NCBI GenBank assembly: GCA_964624025.1
Contig: CAZUXK010000003.1
Span: forward strand, 1 to 58,097
Direction: 5' to 3'
DNA from: an uncultured Brevundimonas sp.
GTDB taxonomy: Bacteria > Pseudomonadota > Alphaproteobacteria > Caulobacterales > Caulobacteraceae
DNA: 58,097 nucleotides
Below the pieces are notes generated by a model. That model worked only from the letters and a program-made list of their open reading frames with translations. It searched no databases and was not told the origin of the DNA. Below are positions 8,954-18,608 of the stretch, one piece after another. The first letter of the stretch is position 1; each line of letters starts with the position of its first letter. A program made the position numbers and the translations under genes.

Positions 8954-9913
8954 ATGTCCGCCGAACCCCTCCCCCGTCCGGCCCTCAGCATCCGCATGGC
9001 GACCCCGCGCGGCTTCTGCGCCGGCGTCGACCGGGCCATCCAGATGGTCGAACGGGCGATCGCGAAGTGGGGCGCCCCGGTCTATGTCCGCCACGAGATC
9101 GTCCACAACAAGCACGTGGTCGATCGGCTGCGCAGCCTCGGCGCCGTCTTCGTCAAGGAGCTGGACGAGTGCCCGGACGACCGTCCGGTGGTCTTCTCGG
9201 CCCATGGCGTGCCCAAGTCCGTCCCGGCGGCGGCCAAGGCGCGCAACCTCTTCTTCCTCGACGCCACCTGCCCGCTGGTCTCCAAGGTCCATGTCGAGGC
9301 CGAGCGCCACCACGCCGCCGGGCGCCACATCCTGCTGATCGGCCACGCCGGCCACCCGGAGGTGGTCGGCACCATGGGCCAGCTGCCCGCGGGCGCCGTC
9401 AGCCTGATCGAGACCGTCGAGGACGCCGGGGCCTTCCAGCGTCCCGGCGACACGCCGCTGGCCTACGCCACCCAGACCACCCTGTCGCTGGACGACACCG
9501 CCGAGATCATCGCGGCGCTCAAGGCGCGCTTCCCCGAACTGCCCGACCCGCACAAGGAAGACATCTGCTACGCCACCACCAACCGCCAGGAGGCGGTCAA
9601 GCGGTTGGCGGAAGGGACGGACCTGGTGCTGGTGGTGGGCTCGCCCAACTCGTCCAACTCGGCCCGCCTCGTCGAGGTGGCGCTCAAGGCCGGGGCTCGC
9701 GACGCCCGCCTCATCGACGACGCCTCGCACATCGACTGGACCTGGCTCGAGGGCGTCAGCCGCCTCGGCCTGACCGCCGGCGCTTCGGCCCCGGAGAGCC
9801 TTGTCCAGGGCGTGATCGACGCCCTTGCGGCCCGCTTCGAGGTCACGGTCGAGGAAGACGGCGGCGAACGGGAGACGGTGACCTTCAAGCTCCCGCGCGC
9901 CCTGACGACCTAG
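8954..9913 (+). CDS. ispH: 4-hydroxy-3-methylbut-2-enyl diphosphate reductase
   Basis: [33 protein letters not shown] and NSSN motifs. Confidence 0.98.
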   Translation: MSAEPLPRPALSIRMATPRGFCAGVDRAIQMVERAIAKWGAPVYVRHEIVHNKHVVDRLRSLGAVFVKELDECPDDRPVVFSAHGVPKSVPAAAKARNLFFLDATCPLVSKVHVEAERHHAAGRHILLIGHAGHPEVVGTMGQLPAGAVSLIETVEDAGAFQRPGDTPLAYATQTTLSLDDTAEIIAALKARFPELPDPHKEDICYATTNRQEAVKRLAEGTDLVLVVGSPNSSNSARLVEVALKAGARDARLIDDASHIDWTWLEGVSRLGLTAGASAPESLVQGVIDALAARFEVTVEEDGGERETVTFKLPRALTT

Positions 9914-10569
9914 CCGTCCCGCAGGAAGTCCTGGGCGAACTCCGGCGCCTCGTCGTCGCCCGCGGGATCCTCCTCCTCGCCGCCCGGCCGCGCCGGGTCC
10001 GGCAGCTCGAAACCGGCCGGCACATTCATGTCCAACAGCCCCGCGGCCTTCATCTCCGCCAGCCCCGGCAGATCGGCCAGGCTGCCCAGTCCGAACTGCT
10101 CGAGGAACCGGTCCGCCGTGCCATAGGTCACCGGCCGCCCCGGCGAACGTCGCCGCCCCCGCAGCCGCACGAACCCCATCTCCAGCAGCTGGTCGAGGGT
10201 GCCCTTCGACATCGACACGCCGCGGACGCTCTCGATCTCCGCCCGCGTCACCGGCTGGTGATAGGCGATGATCGCCAGGGTCTCGAGCGCCGCCCGCGAC
10301 AGCCGCCGCGGCTCCTCCCGCTCCTCGGTCATCAGGAAGGCGAGATCCGGCGCGGTGCGGAAGCGCCAGCGGTCAGCGACGCACTCCAGCTCCACGCCCC
10401 GCCCCTGATACCGCGCCCGCAGGCCGGCGATGGCCCGGCCGACGTCCACGCCCTCCGGCAGGCGCGCCGCCAGATCCGCCGCCGACAGCGGCCCTGCCGC
10501 GGCGAACAGCAGGGCCTCCACCCGCCGCTCGATCTCGGCCTCTTCCGGCTGGAACCCAAGGTCGCTCAC
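9910..10569 (-). CDS. scpB: SMC-Scp complex subunit ScpB
   Basis: [40 protein letters not shown] motifs. Confidence 0.96.
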   Translation of the reverse strand: MSDLGFQPEEAEIERRVEALLFAAAGPLSAADLAARLPEGVDVGRAIAGLRARYQGRGVELECVADRWRFRTAPDLAFLMTEEREEPRRLSRAALETLAIIAYHQPVTRAEIESVRGVSMSKGTLDQLLEMGFVRLRGRRRSPGRPVTYGTADRFLEQFGLGSLADLPGLAEMKAAGLLDMNVPAGFELPDPARPGGEEEDPAGDDEAPEFAQDFLRDG

Positions 10570-11390
10570 GGCGTGAGCTCCAGCGGCTGGCCGGTCGCCC
10601 GGCGGCGCAGGTACAGTGGCTCGAACGGGCCCGACTGGCGCACGTCCAGCGCCCCCTCCTTGACCAGCTCAAGTCCCGCCGACAGCGTCGAGGCGAGGCA
10701 GCTGGCGCGGCTGGGATCGCCCTCGGCCGTGCCCGGCTGCGGCGCCGCCTGCTCGAGGGTCGTCCAGGTCGCGAGGCGCGGCATGATCTCCCGCAGCCAG
10801 TCCCGCGCCGCCTCCAGCGGAAAGGCCTCGACCCGCTGGCCGGGACTGTACTGCCGCCCCGCCACCTTGCGGCGCTGCTCCACATAGGCCGCCATCAGCT
10901 CATAGAGGCCGGCGTCGATGCGGTCGGAAGGAATGATCACCGTGGCTTCGGGATCGCCGCGGGTGAACACGTCGCGCTTCAGCTGCGGCCGTTCCATCAG
11001 CCGGTCCGCCGCCTGCCGCATGGCCTCCAGCTTGCGCAGCCTGAAGGCCAGCGCCGCCGCCATCTGCTGCGCGTCGGGCTCTTCCGGCCGCCCCTTTTCC
11101 GTCCGCGGCAGCAGCAGCCGCGACTTCAGGAAGGCCAGCCAGGAGGCCATCACCAGATAGTCGGCGGCCAGCGCGAAGTTGCGCCGCCGCGCCTCGTGCA
11201 CAAAGGCGAGGTATTGCTCGGCCAGCCGGGTGATCGACAGCTTCAGCAGATCGACCTTCTGGCTGCGGGCCAGCGCCAGCAGCACGTGCAGCGGCCCCTC
11301 ATAGCCCTCGAGATCGACGACAAAGGCGTCCCGGGCGTCGATCTCCTCGGCCGCCGTGAAGTCGAGGCTCGGCTGGAACGCCTCCCTCAC
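10566..11390 (-). CDS. scpA: Segregation/condensation protein ScpA
   Basis: YEGPL..LL.L, ADYLVMA..L..LKSRLLLP, LEL.KEG; GTG start overlapping the nagZ stop. Confidence 0.95.
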   Translation of the reverse strand: MREAFQPSLDFTAAEEIDARDAFVVDLEGYEGPLHVLLALARSQKVDLLKLSITRLAEQYLAFVHEARRRNFALAADYLVMASWLAFLKSRLLLPRTEKGRPEEPDAQQMAAALAFRLRKLEAMRQAADRLMERPQLKRDVFTRGDPEATVIIPSDRIDAGLYELMAAYVEQRRKVAGRQYSPGQRVEAFPLEAARDWLREIMPRLATWTTLEQAAPQPGTAEGDPSRASCLASTLSAGLELVKEGALDVRQSGPFEPLYLRRRATGQPLELTP

Positions 11391-12436
11391 GCCTGGGCCT
11401 CCCCGACGTCGGGCCCCTTCGCGGCGTCCAGCCGCCCGGCCAGCATGGCGTCGAACCGGGCGCGGGCGGCCTCGAGGTCCAGAGGCTCGGGAGACCGCAC
11501 GATGCGGGCCAGCGCCGCCTGTGCCCGCCGGGCCGCCCCGCCGCGCAGCGGGCCGACGCCCTCGGCCACCTGCCGCATCTCGTCGAGATCGCCGGTCCAG
11601 TGGATGACGAGGTCGCACCCGGCCTTCAGCGAGGCCGCCGCCCGCTCGGTCAGGGTGCCGGACAGGGCGTTCATGCACAGGTCGTCCGACAGCAGCAGGC
11701 CGCCGAACCCCAGCCCCTCGCGGATCAGCCGGATGGCCTTGCGCGACTGGGTCGCCGGGCGTTTCCGGTCGATGGCGGTGAAGACAATGTGGGCGGTCAT
11801 GCCGATCGGCATGTCCGACAGGGCGCGGAACGGCGCGAAGTCCCAGGCTTCGAGGGTGTTGAGACCGACCTCGACCGTCGGCAGCTCCTTGTGGCTGTCG
11901 GCGAAGGCGCGGCCGTGCCCCGGCATGTGCTTGATCACCGGCAGCACACCGCCGGCCAGCAGCCCCTCGGCGGCGGCGCGGCCCAGCTGCGCCACCGTCG
12001 CCGGATCGCGGGCGTAGGCGCGATCCCCGATGATGTCGTGCGCCCCCGGAACCGGCACATCGAGCACCGGCACGCAGTCGATGTCGACGCCGACCGCCTT
12101 CAGGTCGTGGGCCATCAGCCGGCCGCCCAGCCGCGCCAGTTCGCGCGCCGCCAGAGGATCGTTGGTCGCCTTCAGATAGGCCTCGCCCGGGGGATACTTC
12201 GGCCAGTGCGGCGGCCCCATGCGCTGCACCCGGCCGCCTTCCTGGTCGATCAGGATCGGCGCGTGCCGGCCCACGCTTTCGCGCAGGGCGGCCGTCAGCG
12301 CCCGCACCTGGTCCGGGCTGTCGACATTGCGGCGAAACAGGATGAAGCCCCACGGCCGCACCTCGGCGAAGAAGGCGCGCTCGGCCGGCGTCAGCTCCAG
12401 CCCGGCGCAGCCATAGATCGCCGCCGACGCGTCCAA
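11387..12436 (-). CDS. nagZ: Beta-N-acetylhexosaminidase (GH3)
   Basis: ILFRRN, IDQEGGRVQR, KHMPGHG....DSH motifs; TTG start inferred. Confidence 0.95.
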   Translation of the reverse strand: MDASAAIYGCAGLELTPAERAFFAEVRPWGFILFRRNVDSPDQVRALTAALRESVGRHAPILIDQEGGRVQRMGPPHWPKYPPGEAYLKATNDPLAARELARLGGRLMAHDLKAVGVDIDCVPVLDVPVPGAHDIIGDRAYARDPATVAQLGRAAAEGLLAGGVLPVIKHMPGHGRAFADSHKELPTVEVGLNTLEAWDFAPFRALSDMPIGMTAHIVFTAIDRKRPATQSRKAIRLIREGLGFGGLLLSDDLCMNALSGTLTERAAASLKAGCDLVIHWTGDLDEMRQVAEGVGPLRGGAARRAQAALARIVRSPEPLDLEAARARFDAMLAGRLDAAKGPDVGEAQA

Positions 12437-12440
12437 GGCC

Positions 12441-13211
12441 TCAGCGCACCAGGCAGTCGCGGCCGGCGGCCCGCAGCGCGGCGCAGAAGGCTCGCGCCCG
12501 CTCCGGCGACAGGCCGGTGAACTGGGTGCGATAGACCGTCTGCCCGTTCGAGCTGGTGACTTCCTGCACCCGCTTGCCGGCGCCCGAGGCGAACTGCGGG
12601 AAGCCCGAGGCCACCGCTGCATACTCACGGTCGGCGATGGCGGTCGAGCCGAAGGCCCCGATCTGCACCGAAGCTGACCCGGTCGCCGGCGTCTCGGCCG
12701 CCCGATCGGCCCGGACCAGGGCGTCGCCGACGGGGTCCGCCGGACGGGCCGGAGCCGGGGTCGCAGGGGCGCGCGCCGCGGGCGCGGCCGGCGTCGGCGC
12801 GGCAGCCGGAGCCGGCAGGGCCTCGCGCGGCAGCGGCTCGGCCGCCGGCGGGGCGAAGGTCACCGGCCCGGGCGCCTGGGCGTCGGCATAGACGCTGACC
12901 CCCGCCTCGGGATCGACCGGCTGGGCGTCGACCGGCGCCTCGACCCGCAGCTCCCCGACCGGCTCGCCCACCGCCGGCGGCGCGTCCTCGGAGGCGCGCA
13001 GGCCGGAGCGGTAGAACAGCACCACGGCGACGATCAGGGCCAGCAGCACCGCCACGCTGACCATCAGGGTCACCGGCGGCCGGCTCGGCCCCGACGGAGC
13101 ACGCCGCGCGTCATAGCCGCGGTTGAACGGCAGGTCGTCGTCGGTCGGCGGCGTATAGGCGCCCCGTCCATGGTCGCGTTCGGACCGGCCGCGAGGATCG
13201 TCGTGGGACAT
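12441..13211 (-). CDS. ftsN: SPOR-domain cell division protein (FtsN-like)
   Basis: One TM helix, Pro/Ala linker, C-terminal SPOR domain (VQIGAF...FC..L...G..CLV); dgt-SPOR-nagZ-scpAB synteny. Confidence 0.8.
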   Translation of the reverse strand: MSHDDPRGRSERDHGRGAYTPPTDDDLPFNRGYDARRAPSGPSRPPVTLMVSVAVLLALIVAVVLFYRSGLRASEDAPPAVGEPVGELRVEAPVDAQPVDPEAGVSVYADAQAPGPVTFAPPAAEPLPREALPAPAAAPTPAAPAARAPATPAPARPADPVGDALVRADRAAETPATGSASVQIGAFGSTAIADREYAAVASGFPQFASGAGKRVQEVTSSNGQTVYRTQFTGLSPERARAFCAALRAAGRDCLVR

Positions 13212-13291
13212 GTCAGGCTCACCCGGATCGGCGGGACGGCCGAATCGGCCGCGCTCCGCGACAGTCTAGACGCCCCCGTGCCGCTTTCGAA

Positions 13292-14488
13292 TCACAAGTC
13301 GAGGGCGACATCGAGGCTGAACAGGTGCCGGTGCTCCTCGATCGCATAGCGGTCGGTCATGCCGGCGATGTAGTCGCACACCAGCCGCGCCCGCCTCGAA
13401 GGCTCCACCGACGCCGCCGTCGCCGCCCATTCGGTCGGCAGCACCGAGGGATCGGCGAGGAACAGGGCGAACATCTCGCGCAGCAGCCGCCGCGCCTGGC
13501 TGCGCGTGCGGTTGACGCGGTAGTGCCGGTACATGCGCTCGAACAGGAAGGCGCGCAGCCCGGTCAGCTGCTCCAGCATGCCGCGCGAGAAGGCCACCAT
13601 CGGCCGCCCCGCCAGACGCACGGCCTCGGGTCTGTCGATCCGGTCGGCCGCGAGCCGGGCCCGGGTCTCGGCCAGCACGTCATCGACCATGGCCCCGATC
13701 ATCCGCCGCACCGCCTCCAGCCGCACCATGCGGTCGTCCAGCCCTGGCCAGTCACGGCGCACCTCGCCCAGGATCGGCCCGATCAGCGGCAGGTCGGCCA
13801 GATCGGCGAGGGTGAACAGCCCCGCCTGCACCCCGTCGTCGACATCGTGGTTGTTGTAGGCGATGTCGTCGGCGATCGCCGCGACCTGGGCCTCCATCGA
13901 GGCGAAGGTGCCGAGCCGCAGGTCCCAGTCGCCGGCATAGGCGCCCACCGCCGCCCACGCCGGCTCGCCCAGCCGGTCCGTCACCGGGCCGTTGTGCTTG
14001 ATGACCCCCTCCAGCGTCTCCCAGCTCAGGTTCAGCCCCGGGAAGGCCGGATAGCGGCGCTCCAGCTCGGTGACCACGCGGAAGGTCTGGACATTGTGGT
14101 CGAAACCGCCGTGCTCGGTCATCAGCAGATGCAGCTCGTCCTCGCCCGCGTGCCCGAACGGCGGATGACCGAGGTCATGCGCCAGCGCCACGGCCTCGGC
14201 CAGGTCCACGTCCAGCTTCAGCGCCGCGGCAAGCGAGCGGGCGATCTGCGCCACCTCCAGCGAGTGGGTCAGCCGGGTGCGATAGTGGTCCCCCTCGTGG
14301 GCCACGAACACCTGGGTCTTCTCCTTCAGCCGGCGGAAGGCGGTGGCGTGGATGATGCGGTCGCGGTCGCGCGCGAAGGGGGTGCGCGTCCGGCTCTCCG
14401 CCTCGGGGTGGCGGCGGCCCCGGCTGGCGGCCGGGTCGCTGGCCCACGGCGCCAGACGACGGTCGACGGAAAGGCGATCGTGGCTCAC
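13292..14488 (-). CDS. dgt: Deoxyguanosinetriphosphate triphosphohydrolase
   Basis: [49 protein letters not shown] motifs. Confidence 0.96.
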   Translation of the reverse strand: MSHDRLSVDRRLAPWASDPAASRGRRHPEAESRTRTPFARDRDRIIHATAFRRLKEKTQVFVAHEGDHYRTRLTHSLEVAQIARSLAAALKLDVDLAEAVALAHDLGHPPFGHAGEDELHLLMTEHGGFDHNVQTFRVVTELERRYPAFPGLNLSWETLEGVIKHNGPVTDRLGEPAWAAVGAYAGDWDLRLGTFASMEAQVAAIADDIAYNNHDVDDGVQAGLFTLADLADLPLIGPILGEVRRDWPGLDDRMVRLEAVRRMIGAMVDDVLAETRARLAADRIDRPEAVRLAGRPMVAFSRGMLEQLTGLRAFLFERMYRHYRVNRTRSQARRLLREMFALFLADPSVLPTEWAATAASVEPSRRARLVCDYIAGMTDRYAIEEHRHLFSLDVALDL

Positions 14489-14554
14489 GGGGATGCGGGC
14501 TTTCGTTCACGCCGGGGCTTTTCGCCCGGCCCTCGCCGGCACATATAGAAGGGC

Positions 14555-14932
14555 GTGAGCGACGCCCCAACCCACAGTTTCCAGATCACCCCGCGGGCCG
14601 CGCCCGACCACGGCCTGAGCCTGGCCGAGAGCGCCGCGCGCCGCCTCGCCCGCCTGTCCGAGGCAGAGGGCCGGCCCCTGCTGCTGCGCGTCGCCGTCGA
14701 TGGCGGCGGCTGTTCCGGCTTCCAGTACCGTTTCGAGCTCATCGAGGCGCCCGACGCGGACGACGTCATCGTCCGCTGCGACGGCCAGGCCGCCGCCGTG
14801 GATCCGGTTTCCCTCCCCCTGCTGCAGGGCTCGGAGATCGCCTTCGTCGACGAGCTGGTCGGGGCCCAGTTCGTGGTCCGCAACCCGAACGCCGCCTCGT
14901 CCTGCGGTTGCGGCGTCAGCTTCTCGATCTGA
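14555..14932 (+). CDS. erpA: Fe-S cluster insertion protein (ErpA/IscA, HesB family)
   Basis: GGGCSGFQY and NPNA.SSCGCG.SF motifs; divergent from dgt. Confidence 0.92.
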   Translation: MSDAPTHSFQITPRAAPDHGLSLAESAARRLARLSEAEGRPLLLRVAVDGGGCSGFQYRFELIEAPDADDVIVRCDGQAAAVDPVSLPLLQGSEIAFVDELVGAQFVVRNPNAASSCGCGVSFSI

Positions 14933-14952
14933 CGCCCCCGCGAGCAGCAGGC

Positions 14953-15603
14953 TTACGCCTCGACGCCGATCCCGATCGGACAGGTCACGCCGGTGCCGCC
15001 GATGCCGCAATAGCCGCCCGGGTTCCTGGCCAGATAGCCCTGGTGATAGTCTTCCGCGAAATAGTAGGGCCCCGCCTCAACGATCTCGGTGGTGATGCGC
15101 CCGCGCCCGGCCACCGTCAGCGCCGCCTGGTAGGCGTCGCGCGAGGCCTCGGCCTCGGCCCGCTGCGCCGCGTCGAGGACATAGATCGCCGACCGGTACT
15201 GGGTGCCGACGTCATTGCCCTGGCGCATGCCCTGGGTCGGGTCATGGTTCTCCCAGAAGGCCTTGAGCAGCGCGCCATAGCTGGTCGCGGTCGGGTCGAA
15301 CACCACCTGCACCACCTCGGCGTGGCCGGTCCGGCCCGAGCAGACCTCCTCATAGGTCGGGTTCGGCGTGAGGCCGCCGGCATAGCCGACCGAGGTCACC
15401 CACACGCCGGGTAGCTTCCAGAACACCCGCTCCACGCCCCAGAAGCAGCCCATGCCCAGGATCGCCGTCTGGAACCCCTCCGGATGCGGCCCCTTCAGCG
15501 GCCGGCCGTTGACCACATGGACCTCGTCGGTCTTCAGCGGCGTGTCGCGCCCCGGCAGGGCGGTGTCGGCGGTCGGCAGGGCGTCGGTCATCTTGCTCGG
15601 CAT
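14953..15603 (-). CDS. msrA: Peptide-methionine (S)-S-oxide reductase
   Basis: [28 protein letters not shown] motifs; ATG at 15603 with GGAG SD. Confidence 0.97.
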   Translation of the reverse strand: MPSKMTDALPTADTALPGRDTPLKTDEVHVVNGRPLKGPHPEGFQTAILGMGCFWGVERVFWKLPGVWVTSVGYAGGLTPNPTYEEVCSGRTGHAEVVQVVFDPTATSYGALLKAFWENHDPTQGMRQGNDVGTQYRSAIYVLDAAQRAEAEASRDAYQAALTVAGRGRITTEIVEAGPYYFAEDYHQGYLARNPGGYCGIGGTGVTCPIGIGVEA

Positions 15604-15721
15604 GGCGGGTCTCCGGATCGAGCCCGCCATATGGGGGCTCCGGCGCCGTTTGCCGAGAGGGCCGCTTGCCGCGCGCCCCCCGTTGATCTATCTCGCACCC
15701 CTTCCCGCCTGCGGTGGGTCC

Positions 15722-15811
15722 GGACAGGTGGCCGAGTGGTTGAAGGCGCACGCCTGGAACGCGTGTATAGGCGAAAGCCTATCGAGGGTTCGAATCCCTC
15801 TCTGTCCGCCA
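15722..15811 (+). tRNA. tRNA-Ser(GGA)
   Basis: Acceptor GGACAGG/TCTGTCC, anticodon arm CACGC-CT-GGA-AC-GCGTG, long variable arm, GGTTCGAATCC T-arm, G73 plus encoded CCA. Confidence 0.98.
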
Positions 15812-15991
15812 CCCCGCTTGAACTAAAACAATCGCTTAGGTGCCGTTTGCCAAGTGTGCCGTGCGGCGCACCCGCCGCGCGTCGAAGTTTCCCCCTTCAA
15901 GTGACATCGGCACACCGTGGCGCACTCCCGGCACAGTGTTGCGCCGCTTAAACAACCGTGCGTTCAATGGCAGATCAGGGGGGCGGCAATC

Positions 15992-16780
15992 ATGTGGCTG
16001 TTGGTTTATATTCCGGCGCTTGCCGGGATTTGGCGGTATCGCTTTTGGGGATTCTGGAAGTGGGTCGTCGCGATGTTTCTTTTGCAATCGGTTGCCGACT
16101 TTCTCTTCGCTGCGGGTGGCACCCTCGACCAGCCCCAAGGGGATGGGCTGATTACCGGGATGGTGCGTCGGGCAACCGACGACGGTGCTGAAGTCGCCTT
16201 GCTGGGCGTGGGCTTCTGGATCGTCTTCCTGATCGGCGTGGTCCTCATTGTCAGCCAGATGCGAAAAGCCGCGCGGCAACCGCCAGCGCACGCCGAAGTA
16301 GCCAGCAACGTGCCACTGCTGAGACGCACTGCGGAGACTGGCGGTCTGACCCTTGCGATAGCTGCGCTGATGTTCGTTTCGCTCTCGGCGATGATGTCGG
16401 AGAAGCCCTTGGCAGCGACGCAAGACGCTTACACGCTCGAACAAGAAGTCGCCGACGCAGCAGTGGAAATCGGCCGAACCGTGCCCCAGCAGATCGACCC
16501 TTCGACCAAGCTGGTCGGCGTTCGCTCGGCTGGCCGCGTCCTGATCTACGACTACGAGCTTTCGGAACGTGGCACGCCCGAACAGATGCGCGACTTCTTC
16601 GCGAAGAACTCGCTGGCGCGGGTTTGTGCGGATGCGGTGATGCGCCCAGAGATGCGGCGCGGCGTGACGTTCCGCTACTCCTACATGCTGATCGGGCAGG
16701 AGGCACCGGTCGAGATCGACGTGTCTGAGCCGGTCTGCGCCGCAACGGTTGGGGACCGCAGTGGCGGCACGCAACAGTAG
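15992..16780 (+). CDS. Membrane protein with a C-terminal pilotin-like (GspS/AspS2-type) domain
   Basis: Several hydrophobic helices, then P..ID..T.L...LIY.Y...VC...R.GVT..YSY...C; domain call is by eye. Confidence 0.55.
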   Translation: MWLLVYIPALAGIWRYRFWGFWKWVVAMFLLQSVADFLFAAGGTLDQPQGDGLITGMVRRATDDGAEVALLGVGFWIVFLIGVVLIVSQMRKAARQPPAHAEVASNVPLLRRTAETGGLTLAIAALMFVSLSAMMSEKPLAATQDAYTLEQEVADAAVEIGRTVPQQIDPSTKLVGVRSAGRVLIYDYELSERGTPEQMRDFFAKNSLARVCADAVMRPEMRRGVTFRYSYMLIGQEAPVEIDVSEPVCAATVGDRSGGTQQ

Positions 16781-17297
16781 CGCAGCGGGACCGCAGATCA
16801 CGCCAATCAGCGGCCTCGTCGATGACGCGGCCGACTACTTCAAGTCCGTGGTAATTCCTGCGGTCGAACTGGCATGCGCTCACCCTGCCTCGAAGTCCGT
16901 TGCCCTCTCCGCTTTCATCCTTCTTCACCACACTAAGGACTGGGCAAGGCATGAAGGTCTGATCACGTCGGAGGCCGACCTGTGGGCACATTGTCCCTAC
17001 GCCAATGTCATCGCGGAGATCGCGAACGGCGGGAAGCACCGGGTTGTCGGAGACAAGCATTTGGTAGCTGATCCAATGGTGGTGGAATTCCGGCTGTGCC
17101 GTTTCGGAGAAGGCGGCTACGGGGTCGGACCTTACGGCGTTGAAAATATCCAAGTGAAAGGCCGCAAGCTCGCGTCCGAAAAGCCGACGTGGCGATCTGT
17201 GCGAGCAGTCCTTCAGGAAGCTGTCGGCTGGTGGAAAACGACGCTCGATGAAGGCGCGGCTTCCAAGATTCAGGTTTCGCCCGGCGCATCACCCTGA
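16749..17297 (+). CDS. Hypothetical protein, possible HEPN-like fold (start uncertain)
   Basis: Helical ORF with A...LHH..DW and CP....IAEIANGGKH; no ATG start. Confidence 0.5.
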   Translation: MGTAVAARNSSAAGPQITPISGLVDDAADYFKSVVIPAVELACAHPASKSVALSAFILLHHTKDWARHEGLITSEADLWAHCPYANVIAEIANGGKHRVVGDKHLVADPMVVEFRLCRFGEGGYGVGPYGVENIQVKGRKLASEKPTWRSVRAVLQEAVGWWKTTLDEGAASKIQVSPGASP

Positions 17298-17579
17298 GAG
17301 GCTGGGGTGCCAGAACGACGTGAATGACGAAGCGTCTTCAAGTCGCTCAAACCAAATATCGAGCGAGCCGTCTTCCAACCCTGCGAAGCCCACCCATTGG
17401 CCTTTACACATTGCCTCCAGCCAAAGGCAAACGCTCCCGATCCAAGAGCGTTGGCGAGGAGTAGTTAGACGAGGAAATCTGGTTTGAGTGTGAACCCAGT
17501 CCTTCGATCCGATCTCTGTGACCTTCTGTAAGAGCACGAGTCTGTCTTCATCTTCTTCAACGATGATCTGTCTTGTCAT
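17289..17579 (-). CDS. Small hypothetical protein, phage-like
   Basis: 96 aa with ATG start; WL...C.GQW....IWFE..EDA..F..W pattern. Confidence 0.55.
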   Translation of the reverse strand: MTRQIIVEEDEDRLVLLQKVTEIGSKDWVHTQTRFPRLTTPRQRSWIGSVCLWLEAMCKGQWVGFAGLEDGSLDIWFERLEDASSFTSFWHPSLSG

Positions 17580-17685
17580 TACTCAATAGCTTCGCTTTGC
17601 GCGACGAAAACGTCGAACACGGTGACTTCCAAGTTGAGGGTTGAAGCGGCGCGGATGCTCGTGTCAGCTACTCCGCTACGCTGCC

Positions 17686-18198
17686 CTATTTGATTGGCGA
17701 AAACTCAGTGGACCACACAGTCCTCCGGTCCTCGGAATTCATGTGCTGTTCCTTCAGCACATAGCTCGCGGCCGTCGCGTGGTCGTCGATGATCCGCAAC
17801 GTGTAGGAGCCGGGAGGCACGATGTCGTTCCACACGCCGCCCCGTTCGCCGGGAAACATGCGATGGAACCGCAACAACCGATTGGTGCCCGGCGGCGTAG
17901 GTGGCACGCGCCACATTGCGTGGGCGTGAACGCTTCTGCGATCCCCTTCGAATGCGAAGAGGGCCAGCGATCTCGCTTCGCTCGGCAGCTTATGAAAGCG
18001 CCGCCCGAGGAGTTCTTCGTCAACCCGCCGATGAAGGCGGCGTAGATCGCCCTGAGCGGCCTCCAGACGGGTGTCTCGGTTCCACGACAGGGTAAGGACG
18101 TGGGTGAAGCGCAATGCCGCACAGAAGCGCGCCTGAGCCTCCTTAAAGGCTACTCGATTTCGCCCAACAAATGATGGCTCTTCGCTAATGTTCGACAT
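17686..18198 (-). CDS. Small HUH endonuclease / rolling-circle Rep-like protein
   Basis: Ordered RCR motifs: I THVLTL, II E....VHAHAMW, III SYVLK (YxxK). Confidence 0.75.
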   Translation of the reverse strand: MSNISEEPSFVGRNRVAFKEAQARFCAALRFTHVLTLSWNRDTRLEAAQGDLRRLHRRVDEELLGRRFHKLPSEARSLALFAFEGDRRSVHAHAMWRVPPTPPGTNRLLRFHRMFPGERGGVWNDIVPPGSYTLRIIDDHATAASYVLKEQHMNSEDRRTVWSTEFSPIK

Positions 18199-18255
18199 CA
18201 CTCATATCCATCTTCTACGATAGCGCACAGACTACTGGGCCGCCATTTGTTTTTG

Positions 18256-18288
18256 TATTTAAGCTAAGCGTCGAGCGGCTGGTAAATA
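18256..18288. promoter_or_regulatory. Back-to-back TAAATA boxes resembling the T4-type late promoter
   Basis: TATTTA at 18256-18261 (minus-strand box facing the HUH gene) and TAAATA at 18283-18288, 4 nt before ATG 18293, with no SD. Confidence 0.5.
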
Positions 18289-18292
18289 TTCG

Positions 18293-18580
18293 ATGAGATA
18301 CATCGAGATCATCCGCGAAGCCATGACAAGTTCTTCGCGAGCCGCAAAGACTATTAGCGACGCGGCAGCACGGAAGGCTGACGCACTTCGCACCTATCAA
18401 GGCAAGCTTCGCGTTGCGAAGGCGGCCGAAGCGAACGCCCGCAGCACCGAAGCGTCGGCGGCACGAACAGACCGTCTGGCCGCCAGCCAGCAAAAGCGAG
18501 CGGACGCTGCCGCCACCTATCAAGCTTCAATTCGCAGGGCCGACGATGCCATCCGTCGCTCGCGGCAACCCGACCGTTAG
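18293..18580 (+). CDS. Small Ala/Arg-rich helical protein with a capsid-targeting-sequence-like N-terminus
   Basis: 95 aa starting MRYIEIIRE-A; leaderless arrangement. Confidence 0.65.
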   Translation: MRYIEIIREAMTSSSRAAKTISDAAARKADALRTYQGKLRVAKAAEANARSTEASAARTDRLAASQQKRADAAATYQASIRRADDAIRRSRQPDR

Positions 18581-18608
18581 AAGCGTCCCCGACACGAAAT
18601 TCGGCCCC

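Noticed and set aside
6396-14488. argS separated from the dgt-SPOR-nagZ block and no tat genes after scpB
   Set aside because: Ordinary lineage-level rearrangement of core genes; nothing in the sequence suggests a new function
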